Source: a virus (Duplodnaviria; Caudoviricetes). From it: a stretch of DNA of 52,315 bases. Under the pieces are notes generated by a model. The model did no database searches. It saw only the letters and a list, made by a program, of their open reading frames with translations, and was not told the DNA's origin. This document shows, piece after piece, positions 27,311 through 36,227 of the stretch (the first letter of the stretch is position 1; every line of letters starts with the position of its first letter). Made by a program: the position numbers and the translations under genes. The stretch spans positions 1 through 52,315 of the IMG/VR virus record IMGVR_UViG_3300023435_000020, one strand, 5' to 3'.

Positions 27311-27533
27311 TTGGTTCGTGGTGGGAGTGGTTGTTGGCATTGTGCTGGTTGTGCTGGTGGGGTCGAAGTGTCGCGCGACAGGGGGCGGCTATGAGGCGAC
27401 TGGCACTGTAGACAGAGATAATCCGCCGACTGGCGGAACGGCCGCGATGGAGCCTCGGTACGGATATCAGCCGCGGGGCAACGGCACTAGCGAGGGGCAG
27501 AATCCGCCGACTGGCGGGTCGAATGTGACATAG
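27300..27533 (+). CDS. Small membrane-anchored protein with duplicated NPPTGG repeat
   Basis: N-terminal TM. AATCCGCCGACTGGCGG occurs at 27420-27436 and 27501-27517. Confidence 0.65.
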   Translation: MMIDWFVVGVVVGIVLVVLVGSKCRATGGGYEATGTVDRDNPPTGGTAAMEPRYGYQPRGNGTSEGQNPPTGGSNVT

Positions 27534-27543
27534 AGGTTTAGTA

Positions 27544-28521
27544 GTGATTATAGTTCAGACCCCATTGCGGATCAGTTTCGCCGGCGGCGGGACGGATTTC
27601 AAGGAGTTCTACCGAGAAACACACGGGATGGTTGTCTCGACGGCGATCGACAAGTATGTCTTCGTGGTTGTCAAGGAACGGTTTGACGACAAGATCCGGG
27701 TGAGCTACACGAAGACCGAGATTGTCGATGAGGTGGACGAGATCCAGCATGATCTCGTGCGCGAGGCTCTTCGATTGGTTGGCGTGGACAAGGGGATCGA
27801 GATTGTAACGCTGGCCGACATCTCGTCGGAGGGCTCCGGACTGGGGTCGTCGAGCGCACTCACGGTCGGGCTCCTGAACGCCCTATACGCACACAGGGGG
27901 ATAAGTGTATCGACCGAGGCGGTTGCGCGGGAAGCGTGTGAGATCGAGATAGAAATCCTCGGGAAGCCGATCGGTAAACAGGATCAGTATATCGCGGCCT
28001 ACGGCGGGTTGAGATCGTTCACGTTTATCGGAAACGGCACGGTAGAGACTGAGCCCATCAAGCTGAACCAAGCGGCACAACAGAATCTATGCGATAGCCT
28101 GATGCTGTTCTATACTGGCGTAACCCGTCAGTCGGCGTCCATACTTGGCGAACAGAGAGCGATGGTCGGCGGGAACATGTCGGCACTCAAGGCGATCCGG
28201 CAACAGGCTCGTGCGGCAGCCTGGGAGCTCGCGACCGGCAGGGTTGAGGATCTGGGTCACATCCTGGCGACGGGGTGGTTGCACAAGAAGACGCTTGCAA
28301 GCGGGATCACAAACCCGCAGATAGACGAGATGTATGATCGTGCAATGTGTGTGGGCGCCGTTGGCGGCAAGATAACAGGGGCGGGCGGTGGCGGATTCTT
28401 TCTTGTGGTCGCCCCGCCGGAGAGACGGGCGGCGGTGCGGGAGGAACTGGCGGAGCTTACGGAGTTGCCGATACGGATCGGATGCGACGGGTCGAAGATC
28501 ATATTCAACGGAAGACGATAG
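27544..28521 (+). CDS. GHMP sugar kinase, HddA-like (D-glycero-alpha-D-manno-heptose-7-phosphate kinase family)
   Basis: TPLRISFAGGGTD, GSGLGSSS, IGKQDQY, GGKITGAGGGGF. Confidence 0.88.
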   Translation: MIIVQTPLRISFAGGGTDFKEFYRETHGMVVSTAIDKYVFVVVKERFDDKIRVSYTKTEIVDEVDEIQHDLVREALRLVGVDKGIEIVTLADISSEGSGLGSSSALTVGLLNALYAHRGISVSTEAVAREACEIEIEILGKPIGKQDQYIAAYGGLRSFTFIGNGTVETEPIKLNQAAQQNLCDSLMLFYTGVTRQSASILGEQRAMVGGNMSALKAIRQQARAAAWELATGRVEDLGHILATGWLHKKTLASGITNPQIDEMYDRAMCVGAVGGKITGAGGGGFFLVVAPPERRAAVREELAELTELPIRIGCDGSKIIFNGRR

Positions 28522-28631
28522 ATAGGTTTGCCGTCCGGGGTTCCCCGTTAATATCCTCCTGATTCCTTTCAAGTCCAGGCAGGACACGGGACTCATCAGG
28601 CTCCGGACGGCACTTCCAAAGCGAGGTGCTT

Positions 28632-28967
28632 ATGAAGCCCAGTAAGATCGGACACCAGACGGACATTGTGAGGCCATATATAGAGGCTGTCACGAGATGT
28701 GGGACCGTAGCGGCCTTGATCGAGGAGATCGAGGCCAATTGGAGTGAGCTGTGCCCCGATGCGCTCGAGCACGCCAAGACGCTGACCGACAAGGATTGGC
28801 AGTATGCGGTGAAGAACAAAGGCCGCAATGCCTCAGCCAAGCGTGTTGTGGATATCGCCGGCAAGGTTCTGATGCCCGAACAACTGCTCAAGGTGGGACT
28901 AATCGCAACTCAGTTCAAGGTGCCAGACGGATGCGCGTATATACGGATTCACGAGTGCGCCGAATGA
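28632..28967 (+). CDS. Hypothetical protein
   Basis: GAGG SD; ATGA overlap with the methyltransferase. Confidence 0.6.
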   Translation: MKPSKIGHQTDIVRPYIEAVTRCGTVAALIEEIEANWSELCPDALEHAKTLTDKDWQYAVKNKGRNASAKRVVDIAGKVLMPEQLLKVGLIATQFKVPDGCAYIRIHECAE

Positions 28968-30358
28968 CGCCTTACTACGAGGGACATGGGGTCACGCTCT
29001 ATCACGGAGATGCGCGGGAGGTGCTTTCGGCGCTGCCGGACGCATGTGCGCACTGCGCGGTGACATCCCCACCCTACTGGGGCTTGAGAGATTATTCGAC
29101 CGACGGTCAACTCGGTTTGGAGAAGACCCCGGATGAGTTTGTCGGCAATCTGGTGGGAGTGTTCGGTGAGTTGCGACGGGTCCTGCGACCCGAAGGCACG
29201 TTCTGGCTGAACCTCGGTGAGACTTATGCAACGGGCGCGGGAAAAGTCGGGGACTGCCCGGGCGGAGGCGAACAGGGCGAGCGCTGGGCTGGATTTCGTG
29301 GGGTCAACGAACCGAGCTCGAAGCGGGTGAAGTATAAGACGGCGGCCGTCGGCCCGACGATGCAGCCGAACCGGATGCCGATCGAGGGATTGAAACCGAA
29401 GGACATGTGCATGATCCCCGCGCGGGTCGCGATTGCCCTTCAGGAAAACGGCTGGTGGGTCCGGAGCGAGATAAGCTGGTGCAAACGCGTGCCGATGTGT
29501 GAATCCGTCGAGGATCGACCAACGAACGCAGTCGAGAAGATCTATCTGTTGGCGCAGTCGAAAGACTACTACTACGACCGCTATGCGGTGATGGAGTCCG
29601 CGCAAGACTGGGGCAAGCGGGACAGATCGGCGTATCGTAACGGCACGCATGATCTCAAACTCAAACAGCACGGGATGAGCAACTGCGACTTCGCGGAAAC
29701 CGGCCGGAACATGCGGAACTACTGGGTTCTGAAGCCGGGATATGAGCAGTATGCGTTCTGTGGGCACTGCCGGAAGCTGTTTGTCGGGCGCGCGTATCAC
29801 AAGATCCCAACGAGGATCATCGACGGCGAAAAGGTGCGGGTCTGCCCATTGTGCGATTCGAACGAGTGGATAGATCACTTCGCGACGTTCCCGCGGGAAG
29901 TGCCGAGGCGGGCGATCCGGGCGGGCACGAGTTGGATGGGATGCTGCTTCGAGTGCGAGTCGCCCCTGGAACGGGTTGTAGAGAAAGGCGGAAAGGTGAT
30001 TGCCTGGGGCAAGGCTTGCGGGGGCGGGAAGACGGCTTCATATCACGGTTCGGGGCGTAAGGACTATGTGGGCGCGAAAGTGCAGAACCCCAGCGATGTG
30101 AAAGCTCGTGTGCTCGAGGGGATGCGGGAAGTCGAGACTGTCGACTGGAAGCGGACGTGCAAGTGCGAGACTGACAAGATCCGATCGTGCGTGGTGATCG
30201 ATCCGTTCCACGGGAGCGGACAAACGATGCTCGTGGCGATCGACGAGGGTCGCAGGTATATCGGGGTCGACATCAACCGGGACTATCTGGATATGAGCAT
30301 CGCGAGGCTGGAAGAGGCCGTTTCGCAGGTGAAGTTGCCAATGGAGGTGGGGGTGTAA
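28964..30358 (+). CDS. N4-cytosine/N6-adenine DNA methyltransferase (beta class) with Cys-rich insertions
   Basis: GDAREVL, VTSPPYWGLRDY, HFATFP, DPFHGSGQT. Confidence 0.9.
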   Translation: MTPYYEGHGVTLYHGDAREVLSALPDACAHCAVTSPPYWGLRDYSTDGQLGLEKTPDEFVGNLVGVFGELRRVLRPEGTFWLNLGETYATGAGKVGDCPGGGEQGERWAGFRGVNEPSSKRVKYKTAAVGPTMQPNRMPIEGLKPKDMCMIPARVAIALQENGWWVRSEISWCKRVPMCESVEDRPTNAVEKIYLLAQSKDYYYDRYAVMESAQDWGKRDRSAYRNGTHDLKLKQHGMSNCDFAETGRNMRNYWVLKPGYEQYAFCGHCRKLFVGRAYHKIPTRIIDGEKVRVCPLCDSNEWIDHFATFPREVPRRAIRAGTSWMGCCFECESPLERVVEKGGKVIAWGKACGGGKTASYHGSGRKDYVGAKVQNPSDVKARVLEGMREVETVDWKRTCKCETDKIRSCVVIDPFHGSGQTMLVAIDEGRRYIGVDINRDYLDMSIARLEEAVSQVKLPMEVGV

Positions 30359-30906
30359 TGGCCGTCGTGCGCAACAAGAGCCAGATGTATGAACTTTTGC
30401 GTGCCGACAAGTTCGGCAACCATTTCCCATGGGTGAGTTACGAAGAGTGGCTACATGAGCTGCATGAGGATGCGGAGTACTCGCTACGTTTCGGACTGCA
30501 ACTGAACGCGCCTTGGGAATACCACCTGTCTTATCACAAGGCTTTGGTTGCCGCGAACTACAACACCTATGGCTGCGCCAAATCGCAGATCAGTGTGGTC
30601 ACGATGCCTATCGGCATACAGCCCGTAATCAACGCGGAGGTGCAGTGGTCTGAAATAGGCGTAGAGCTGCACTACTCGACAGTGCAGGATGTGATGAGAC
30701 GGTCGTTGGCCAGGGGCGGCAGGACTGTTGCCGGCATTGTGTCGGTAGAGATCATGCGGCATTATTGCGACCCGTGCAGCTACGACGACATCCGGGCGTT
30801 ACTGAGTGAATACGACGGATCGGTGATCGAGTTCACCGTGTTCGACCGCGATGTAGGTGTGTTTCCGCATCGCAACACGATTATCTGGGAAGTGCGGAAC
30901 TACTGA
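30358..30906 (+). CDS. Hypothetical phage protein
   Basis: TAATG coupling. C-terminal VIEFTVFD...NTIIWEVRNY. Confidence 0.7.
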   Translation: MAVVRNKSQMYELLRADKFGNHFPWVSYEEWLHELHEDAEYSLRFGLQLNAPWEYHLSYHKALVAANYNTYGCAKSQISVVTMPIGIQPVINAEVQWSEIGVELHYSTVQDVMRRSLARGGRTVAGIVSVEIMRHYCDPCSYDDIRALLSEYDGSVIEFTVFDRDVGVFPHRNTIIWEVRNY

Positions 30907-30919
30907 TGGAGGTGGGGGT

Positions 30920-31399
30920 TTGAGTCGATACGCAGCGGACACGGAAGTGAGCGTCGACAAGTCGCGGGCGGAGATCGAGAGGATATTGCAGAGATACGGA
31001 TCTCCGGAGGATGGGTTTGCCTACAGACGGAAGGGCAATCGCGCTTCGACCGAGTTTGAGTTCCGCGACATCACGTTTCGGCTCGTGCTTCCCCTGCCCG
31101 ACCCCAATGCGGAGAAGTTCCAGTGGACACCATCCAGGCGCAAGAAGCGAACCGACGAGGGCGCTCAAGAGGCGTGGGAGCAAGCGTGTAAGCAATCCTG
31201 GCGGGCGCTCGCGCTCGTGGTCAAGGCGAAGCTGGAAGCTGTTGAGTCGGGCATAGCGACATTCGGCGATGAGTTTCTGGCGTATCGTGTGTTGCCGAAC
31301 GGATTGACGGTCAGCGAGGAGATCGGGCCGAAACTGGATGGGTTACCGTCGGGCGGGACTATGTTGGCACTGTTGCCGAAGTTTGAGGTGAAAACTTGA
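30920..31399 (+). CDS. Conserved hypothetical phage protein
   Basis: YAADTEVSVDKSRAEIE...WRALALVVKAKLEAVESGI..F..EFLA; GGAGG SD. Confidence 0.75.
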   Translation: MSRYAADTEVSVDKSRAEIERILQRYGSPEDGFAYRRKGNRASTEFEFRDITFRLVLPLPDPNAEKFQWTPSRRKKRTDEGAQEAWEQACKQSWRALALVVKAKLEAVESGIATFGDEFLAYRVLPNGLTVSEEIGPKLDGLPSGGTMLALLPKFEVKT

Positions 31400-32490
31400 G
31401 CAAGAGCAAGATCGAGTGGGTATTGAACCCAGACGGAACACTAGGGGTCGGTTGGCCGGTCGTAACGGGCTGCACGAAATGCAGTCCCGGTTGCCAGAGG
31501 TGTTTTGCCGCGAAACTGGCAGCCACGCGGCTCAGGAACCATCCGCACTACGCGGGACTTGCCGTGCGTGACGGCGACACCTACAACTGGACGGGCGAGG
31601 TGCGCTGTAACGAAGACGAGCTGGACAAGCCGCTGCGTTGGCGCAAACCGCGCACGGTGTTTGTCTCCCCGACCGGCGATCTGTTCCACGAGGATGTGCC
31701 GGACGATTTCATTGATAGGGCGTTGGCTATCGCGGCGCTCTGCTCACGACACACATTCCTGCTGCTTACGAAGCGAGCAGAGCGGCAACGCGATCACATG
31801 AAGCGGGTCGGGTATGTCGACGGGCGAGCAAAGCAGATTGCGCGGCAGATGGGCAATCCAATACCGTCAGGCATGGTGCTGCAATGGCCGCTTCCAAACG
31901 TTGTGCCGATGGTCACTGCCTGCAACCAGAAAGAGGTCAACGAAAATGTGCCGATCCTGCTGGATACCCCGGCGGTAACCAGAGGTGTCTCGATAGAGCC
32001 GATGTTGGGGCCGGTTGATTTGACCGAGATTCGCAACCCGAATCATTTCCCCGGCTGCATGTATACCGACGCGTTGCGCGGGCGCGATGTTCACGAGGAT
32101 GATGATTACCTCGCGACTGCCAATGAACGCCTCGACTGGGTGATCTGTGGCGGCGAAACTGGCCCCGGCGCGCGACCTATGCACCCGGACTGGGCGAGGA
32201 GCCTGAGAGATCAGTGCCAAGATGCGTCCGTGCCGTTCTTTTTCAAGCAGTGGGGGGAGTGGATGCCGGTCGCTGGCGGCGGCGTCGGAATGATATCCAA
32301 CAATGGAGGCAGTAAGCAGAGGCACACGTTTACGCGATGGGATGGTTCTGCGTTCGTGGTGAACGACCCCGAGCGTGTCGGCGAGTACCCGCATGACATG
32401 TACCGCGTCGGCAAGAAGCGCGCCGGTCATCTCCTCGACGGGCGCGAGCACAGGGAAAGGCCGGAGGTGGAAACCGATGAGCTGGGGTGA
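31396..32490 (+). CDS. Phage Gp37/Gp68 (DUF5131) radical-SAM-like protein
   Basis: SKIEW, GCTKCSPGCQRCFA, DLFHE, LTKR, SIEPML, WVICGGETG, PFFFKQWG. Confidence 0.9.
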   Translation: MSKSKIEWVLNPDGTLGVGWPVVTGCTKCSPGCQRCFAAKLAATRLRNHPHYAGLAVRDGDTYNWTGEVRCNEDELDKPLRWRKPRTVFVSPTGDLFHEDVPDDFIDRALAIAALCSRHTFLLLTKRAERQRDHMKRVGYVDGRAKQIARQMGNPIPSGMVLQWPLPNVVPMVTACNQKEVNENVPILLDTPAVTRGVSIEPMLGPVDLTEIRNPNHFPGCMYTDALRGRDVHEDDDYLATANERLDWVICGGETGPGARPMHPDWARSLRDQCQDASVPFFFKQWGEWMPVAGGGVGMISNNGGSKQRHTFTRWDGSAFVVNDPERVGEYPHDMYRVGKKRAGHLLDGREHRERPEVETDELG

Positions 32491-32638
32491 GCGGAGCTGC
32501 ACGCACTATGCGGACGATACATACCCGTGCCAACCGGCATTTAACACCTGTAATGTGGACTGCCCGCACTACGAGCCTAACGGGAAGCCGCCGGACTCAC
32601 GATCACTGAAAGAGGCAGAGGAGACACCCGATGAGTGA
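32477..32638 (+). CDS. Small Cys-rich protein
   Basis: GGAGG SD, four Cys, overlaps both neighbours. Confidence 0.5.
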   Translation: MSWGERSCTHYADDTYPCQPAFNTCNVDCPHYEPNGKPPDSRSLKEAEETPDE

Positions 32639-33062
32639 CGAATGTCCGGAAGACACTACCATTCTCATCTCGCGTGGGTGCGTGGAAGTGCATTGGCTGG
32701 ATATTGCTAATGAGATATGCAACCAGGCCCGTGGTCCATCATCACTGATAGGTGGCCCTGAGTTTTGCAGATCGTGTAGGCGCAGTAACGATTGCCCACT
32801 AGCGCGATACCGGGAACTGGTAGAGTACGCACAAGGCAGTCTGCAACGGCAATATAATGATGGTTTTGAAACCCCGCCATCGGCATTAGATCATTTGCAT
32901 AAAGCACTCTATTATGCCTGTGTCGATGCAAAGGAGCAGCACATTCTGATGGCGGTGGCCTCAGAATTGGCGTCCAAGTGGAGAGAATACATAGAACTCG
33001 AGATACTGAACGGATTGCTGGACACTGGATTTCGCAATGAAGCACAAGATCATCTACGCTGA
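32631..33062 (+). CDS. Hypothetical protein
   Basis: GAGGAG SD; C...CxxC...C motif. Confidence 0.6.
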   Translation: MSDECPEDTTILISRGCVEVHWLDIANEICNQARGPSSLIGGPEFCRSCRRSNDCPLARYRELVEYAQGSLQRQYNDGFETPPSALDHLHKALYYACVDAKEQHILMAVASELASKWREYIELEILNGLLDTGFRNEAQDHLR

Positions 33063-33612
33063 TCCGCCGTGGTGGTATAACAACCGCCGGATGTCCGGGA
33101 AACGGACTCGGTTCGGCGGCGGGGCATGCGCGCACTATAAGCTGATGCGCGATAAAGAGATCGTCGGGATGGGAGAGTTTGTGCAGTCGATCGCGGACGA
33201 GAACTGTGCGCTTTTCCTCTGGACGACGTGCCCGCGGCTGGATGTCGGCATACGCGTGATCGAAGCGTGGGGGTTTCGTTACTGCACCGTTGCGTTCCAT
33301 TGGGTGAAGACGCGGCCGAACGGACTGCCGATATTCGGGCCTGGCTACTACACTTCGAGCAACGCCGAACTCTGCCTGCTCGGGGTCAAGGGATCGATGC
33401 CGCCCGAGAACAAGATGGTGCCGTCGCTTGTGATGTATCCGCGATCGCAACACTCGGAGAAGCCGGCGGTCGTGCGGGAGCGAATCGAGAAGATGTATGG
33501 CGATGTGCCGCGGATCGAACTGTTTGCGCGGCACCGGGTCGCCGGCTGGGAAGCCTGGGGAGATCAAGTGGGACAACTACCCGAGACTACGCCAATGCTG
33601 GCGATGCAGTGA
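33037..33612 (+). CDS. MT-A70-family adenine methyltransferase
   Basis: IIYADPPW, LFLW, AWGFRY, HSEKP, RIELFAR, GWEAWG. Confidence 0.9.
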   Translation: MKHKIIYADPPWWYNNRRMSGKRTRFGGGACAHYKLMRDKEIVGMGEFVQSIADENCALFLWTTCPRLDVGIRVIEAWGFRYCTVAFHWVKTRPNGLPIFGPGYYTSSNAELCLLGVKGSMPPENKMVPSLVMYPRSQHSEKPAVVRERIEKMYGDVPRIELFARHRVAGWEAWGDQVGQLPETTPMLAMQ

Positions 33613-33619
33613 GGTTACG

Positions 33620-33811
33620 ATGAACGAGGTTGTGGAGCGCGTGGATGCGCTTGAAACGGATGTAGCGGCGCTGAAGAAGGCGGTCGGCACTCGGACTTGC
33701 CCGGTCTGCGGCCGGGCGGTTTCCGGGCGCGTGGACAAGAAATACTGCGGATCTGGATGTAAGTCGAAGGCTTATAGGAGGAGACACATAGCAGGAGGCG
33801 AGGATGTCTGA
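33620..33811 (+). CDS. Small treble-clef-type zinc-finger protein
   Basis: CPVCG...KKYCGSGCKSKAYR. Confidence 0.65.
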   Translation: MNEVVERVDALETDVAALKKAVGTRTCPVCGRAVSGRVDKKYCGSGCKSKAYRRRHIAGGEDV

Positions 33812-34553
33812 GAATGCGATAGTTGAAAACGAAGAGGCGCAGACCCATGTGCCCGCGAGCACAGGTACCGCATGGAGCAAGATTTCGTGCCGGCGGACCG
33901 GGTTGGTGGTCAAGAAGAAACTCGATTTCGATGAATGGGAGCAGGTCGGGACCTACATGCGTGAGATGAACCGCGCGATCGGGTTTGTGCTTGGTGATTG
34001 GCTGAACTGGGGTGAGGAGACGTATGGAGAGAAGTATTCCCAGGCGTTCGATGGCGACAGCACTGAGTTTGAGTATCAGACGCTACGGAACTACGCCTGG
34101 GTGTGCGCCGCGATCCCGATGAAGAGACGCAGGGAAAGCCTCAGTTTCAGTCATCACATGGAAGTGGCGGCGTGCGAACCCGATCAGCAGGATGCGTTGC
34201 TGACGCAGGCAGAGGAAGAGGGCTGGAACACGAAAGAGCTTCGGCGCGCGGTTTCGGACCTGCGTGTTTCCGAAGGGCAAAAGGCTCTACCCGCGGCGAA
34301 GTTCGATGAGATCAAGCAGGTGTGGGAGAACTACGGTCTGCCGATGCCCAAAGTGCCCAACGATGGTTGCCTGGCGCCCGTCGCGAAGGCGATCCGGAAA
34401 CTGGAGTCCAATGCGATTCCGATCGGGCATGTGCCGATAAGAAATGAGCATATCAGCACACTGATCGAGCGGTGCAAGGAATACCCGTTCTCGGACTGCG
34501 ATGAGTGCGAGCACAAAGCTGAGTGCGAGAGGGCGAATGGCGATGAGGTATAA
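33804..34553 (+). CDS. LmbU-like DNA-binding protein
   Basis: LGDWLNWGE..YGEKY, YQTLRNYAWV, LSFSHH.EVA, WNTKELR. Confidence 0.75.
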   Translation: MSENAIVENEEAQTHVPASTGTAWSKISCRRTGLVVKKKLDFDEWEQVGTYMREMNRAIGFVLGDWLNWGEETYGEKYSQAFDGDSTEFEYQTLRNYAWVCAAIPMKRRRESLSFSHHMEVAACEPDQQDALLTQAEEEGWNTKELRRAVSDLRVSEGQKALPAAKFDEIKQVWENYGLPMPKVPNDGCLAPVAKAIRKLESNAIPIGHVPIRNEHISTLIERCKEYPFSDCDECEHKAECERANGDEV

Positions 34554-35322
34554 GCATCGCCATAGAGTCACAACTGCCGTGGTTCCCGCGGCCGGGCGTG
34601 GAACCAGGTTGGCATCGCTGTTGGAACCGGGCAAGGCCAAGGAAATGCTGCCGTTGGGCGGAAAGCCGGTTATCGAACACGTGATGGAAGAGCTTGCCGC
34701 GTCTGGGATTCATGATGTCCTGTTGGTGCTATCGCGCGACAAGATAGACGGGTTCCGCGAGCGCTTCGGCAGGTCGGTGCTTGGAATGACGGTTGGCTAT
34801 ATTCTTCAGCGGAAGCAGAACGGGCTGGCGGGCGCTATCTACCGCGCGAAGGAGTATGTTGGCAAGGTAGAGCCGTTTGCCGTGGCGCTGGGTGACACGA
34901 TAATCGACACGGGTCGGGACTACGTGCCGTTGCGCCGGATGATAGATGTGTCCGCAAGTGTGTTCGGCATGGTGATGGTCGAAAAGAAGCCGCGCGAGGA
35001 ACTGTTTCGCTATGGCGTCGTGAAGCCGAACTTGGAGACGTTCCCGGTGTTTCGGGCCGAAGCGATTGTCGAGAAGCCAGATCCCGCGAACGCCCCGAGC
35101 GACTTTGCGATCGCCGGACGCTATGTGTTTGACCCATCCGTTTTCGATTATATCGAACGCACCGCGCCCGGGGCAGGCGGCGAGCGCCAGATCACGGATA
35201 CAATCGGCCTGATGCTGCAAGACAAGCGGGATATCTGGTGCCTGCCGATAGACAGAAACGAATCGATGATTGACATCGGGACAGTAGAGGCTTACGAAGA
35301 GGCCAAACGGAGGTTTCCATGA
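34543..35322 (+). CDS. galU: Sugar-1-phosphate nucleotidyltransferase, GalU-like
   Basis: AVVPAAGRGTRL, KEMLP, GLAGAI, LGD, YGVV, IVEKP, GRYV, QITD, DIG. Confidence 0.85.
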   Translation: MRYKHRHRVTTAVVPAAGRGTRLASLLEPGKAKEMLPLGGKPVIEHVMEELAASGIHDVLLVLSRDKIDGFRERFGRSVLGMTVGYILQRKQNGLAGAIYRAKEYVGKVEPFAVALGDTIIDTGRDYVPLRRMIDVSASVFGMVMVEKKPREELFRYGVVKPNLETFPVFRAEAIVEKPDPANAPSDFAIAGRYVFDPSVFDYIERTAPGAGGERQITDTIGLMLQDKRDIWCLPIDRNESMIDIGTVEAYEEAKRRFP

Positions 35323-36089
35323 CCGATCTTGAGAAACGACAGATGATGGTTCCGCTGGGGCCGTGGTTGGAGTTATGCAAGAATGCGGGTATTCCGCATG
35401 TGTCCGCGATGTTCTCGCCCGAGTTTCCGATCGAGCAGATATACATAGCGTTGAATGGCCCGGGTTCCGGTCCTACGCGTCAGTTGGATGCGGCGTTCAG
35501 GTGGTATGAGTCCGAAAAGCTCAAACGACTCAAAGCGGGACACAGGTTCAGCGCGAGATGGGAGTGCTGCTCGAACTCGATGGCGAAGGAAGCAGCGGGG
35601 AATGGCTGGGAGTGGGATTCTGACTACTATGAGCTTACCTGTGATGATTCGCGCGTAATGGATTGTACCGCGGGCAACACTACTACGACGCGGCTTTGCG
35701 TGAGGCCGTGGATGGATACTCCGCGAGCTGACGATTATCCCGTAGAGTGTCGGGTGTTTGTAGACTATAGGTACGGGATCATTGGCATTAGTAACTACTA
35801 CCCGCAACGGCCGCTCACGTTTCAGGATTGCGACGGACAGGTGCTCGCCTGGATGCACCTCGTGTTACAGCGCACGCGGCGGCTCGCGGATGCTGTAAGG
35901 GACAAGCACGGCGAGGGCATGGGTTTCACTGCCGATTGGTTGTTGACCGGCGTTTCCGACTGTGTTTTCCTGGAGGGTGGCCCGCCGCACGAGGAATCAG
36001 GGCACGTATCGGCGCACCCGTGTTGCTTTGCGCCGGGGAAGATCGAAGGGATAGCGCTGGCGCGGAGAGAAGGGGCGTTGGAGTATTGA
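35319..36089 (+). CDS. Hypothetical protein, possibly an ATP-grasp (CDC123/R2K-like) enzyme
   Basis: VRPW...ECRVFV...GISNYY...FTADW...VFLEG spacing resembles the ATP-grasp core. Confidence 0.45.
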   Translation: MTDLEKRQMMVPLGPWLELCKNAGIPHVSAMFSPEFPIEQIYIALNGPGSGPTRQLDAAFRWYESEKLKRLKAGHRFSARWECCSNSMAKEAAGNGWEWDSDYYELTCDDSRVMDCTAGNTTTTRLCVRPWMDTPRADDYPVECRVFVDYRYGIIGISNYYPQRPLTFQDCDGQVLAWMHLVLQRTRRLADAVRDKHGEGMGFTADWLLTGVSDCVFLEGGPPHEESGHVSAHPCCFAPGKIEGIALARREGALEY

Positions 36090-36115
36090 CAAATGACCCG
36101 GATTTGGTGTATGAT
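36086..36115 (+). promoter_or_regulatory. Sigma70-type promoter
   Basis: TTGACA (36086-36091), 18 bp, TATGAT (36110-36115). Confidence 0.75.
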
Positions 36116-36121
36116 ATTGGC

Positions 36122-36210
36122 GGATGAACCCCTCAACTCCGGCGCCTTAGCCGGGAATTGTGTGAGTTCTCCGTTTGTGTGGGGGGCGGCTCGTTACCGC
36201 CCCCATTAGC
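36122..36210 (+). ncRNA. Candidate sRNA antisense to the repeated leader/RBS
   Basis: Follows the promoter: 5' hairpin, then CTCCGTTTGTGTG (36169-36181), then an 8-bp GC hairpin (36182-36204). Confidence 0.55.
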
Positions 36211-36227
36211 TTGTACGGGAGGTAACT

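Noticed and set aside
28545-28605. Hammerhead ribozyme on the minus strand (CTGATGA-GTCC...GGAC-TT-GAAA)
   Set aside because: Two extra nucleotides separate stem II from GAAA, and no stem III/stem I pairing can be formed around a UH site.
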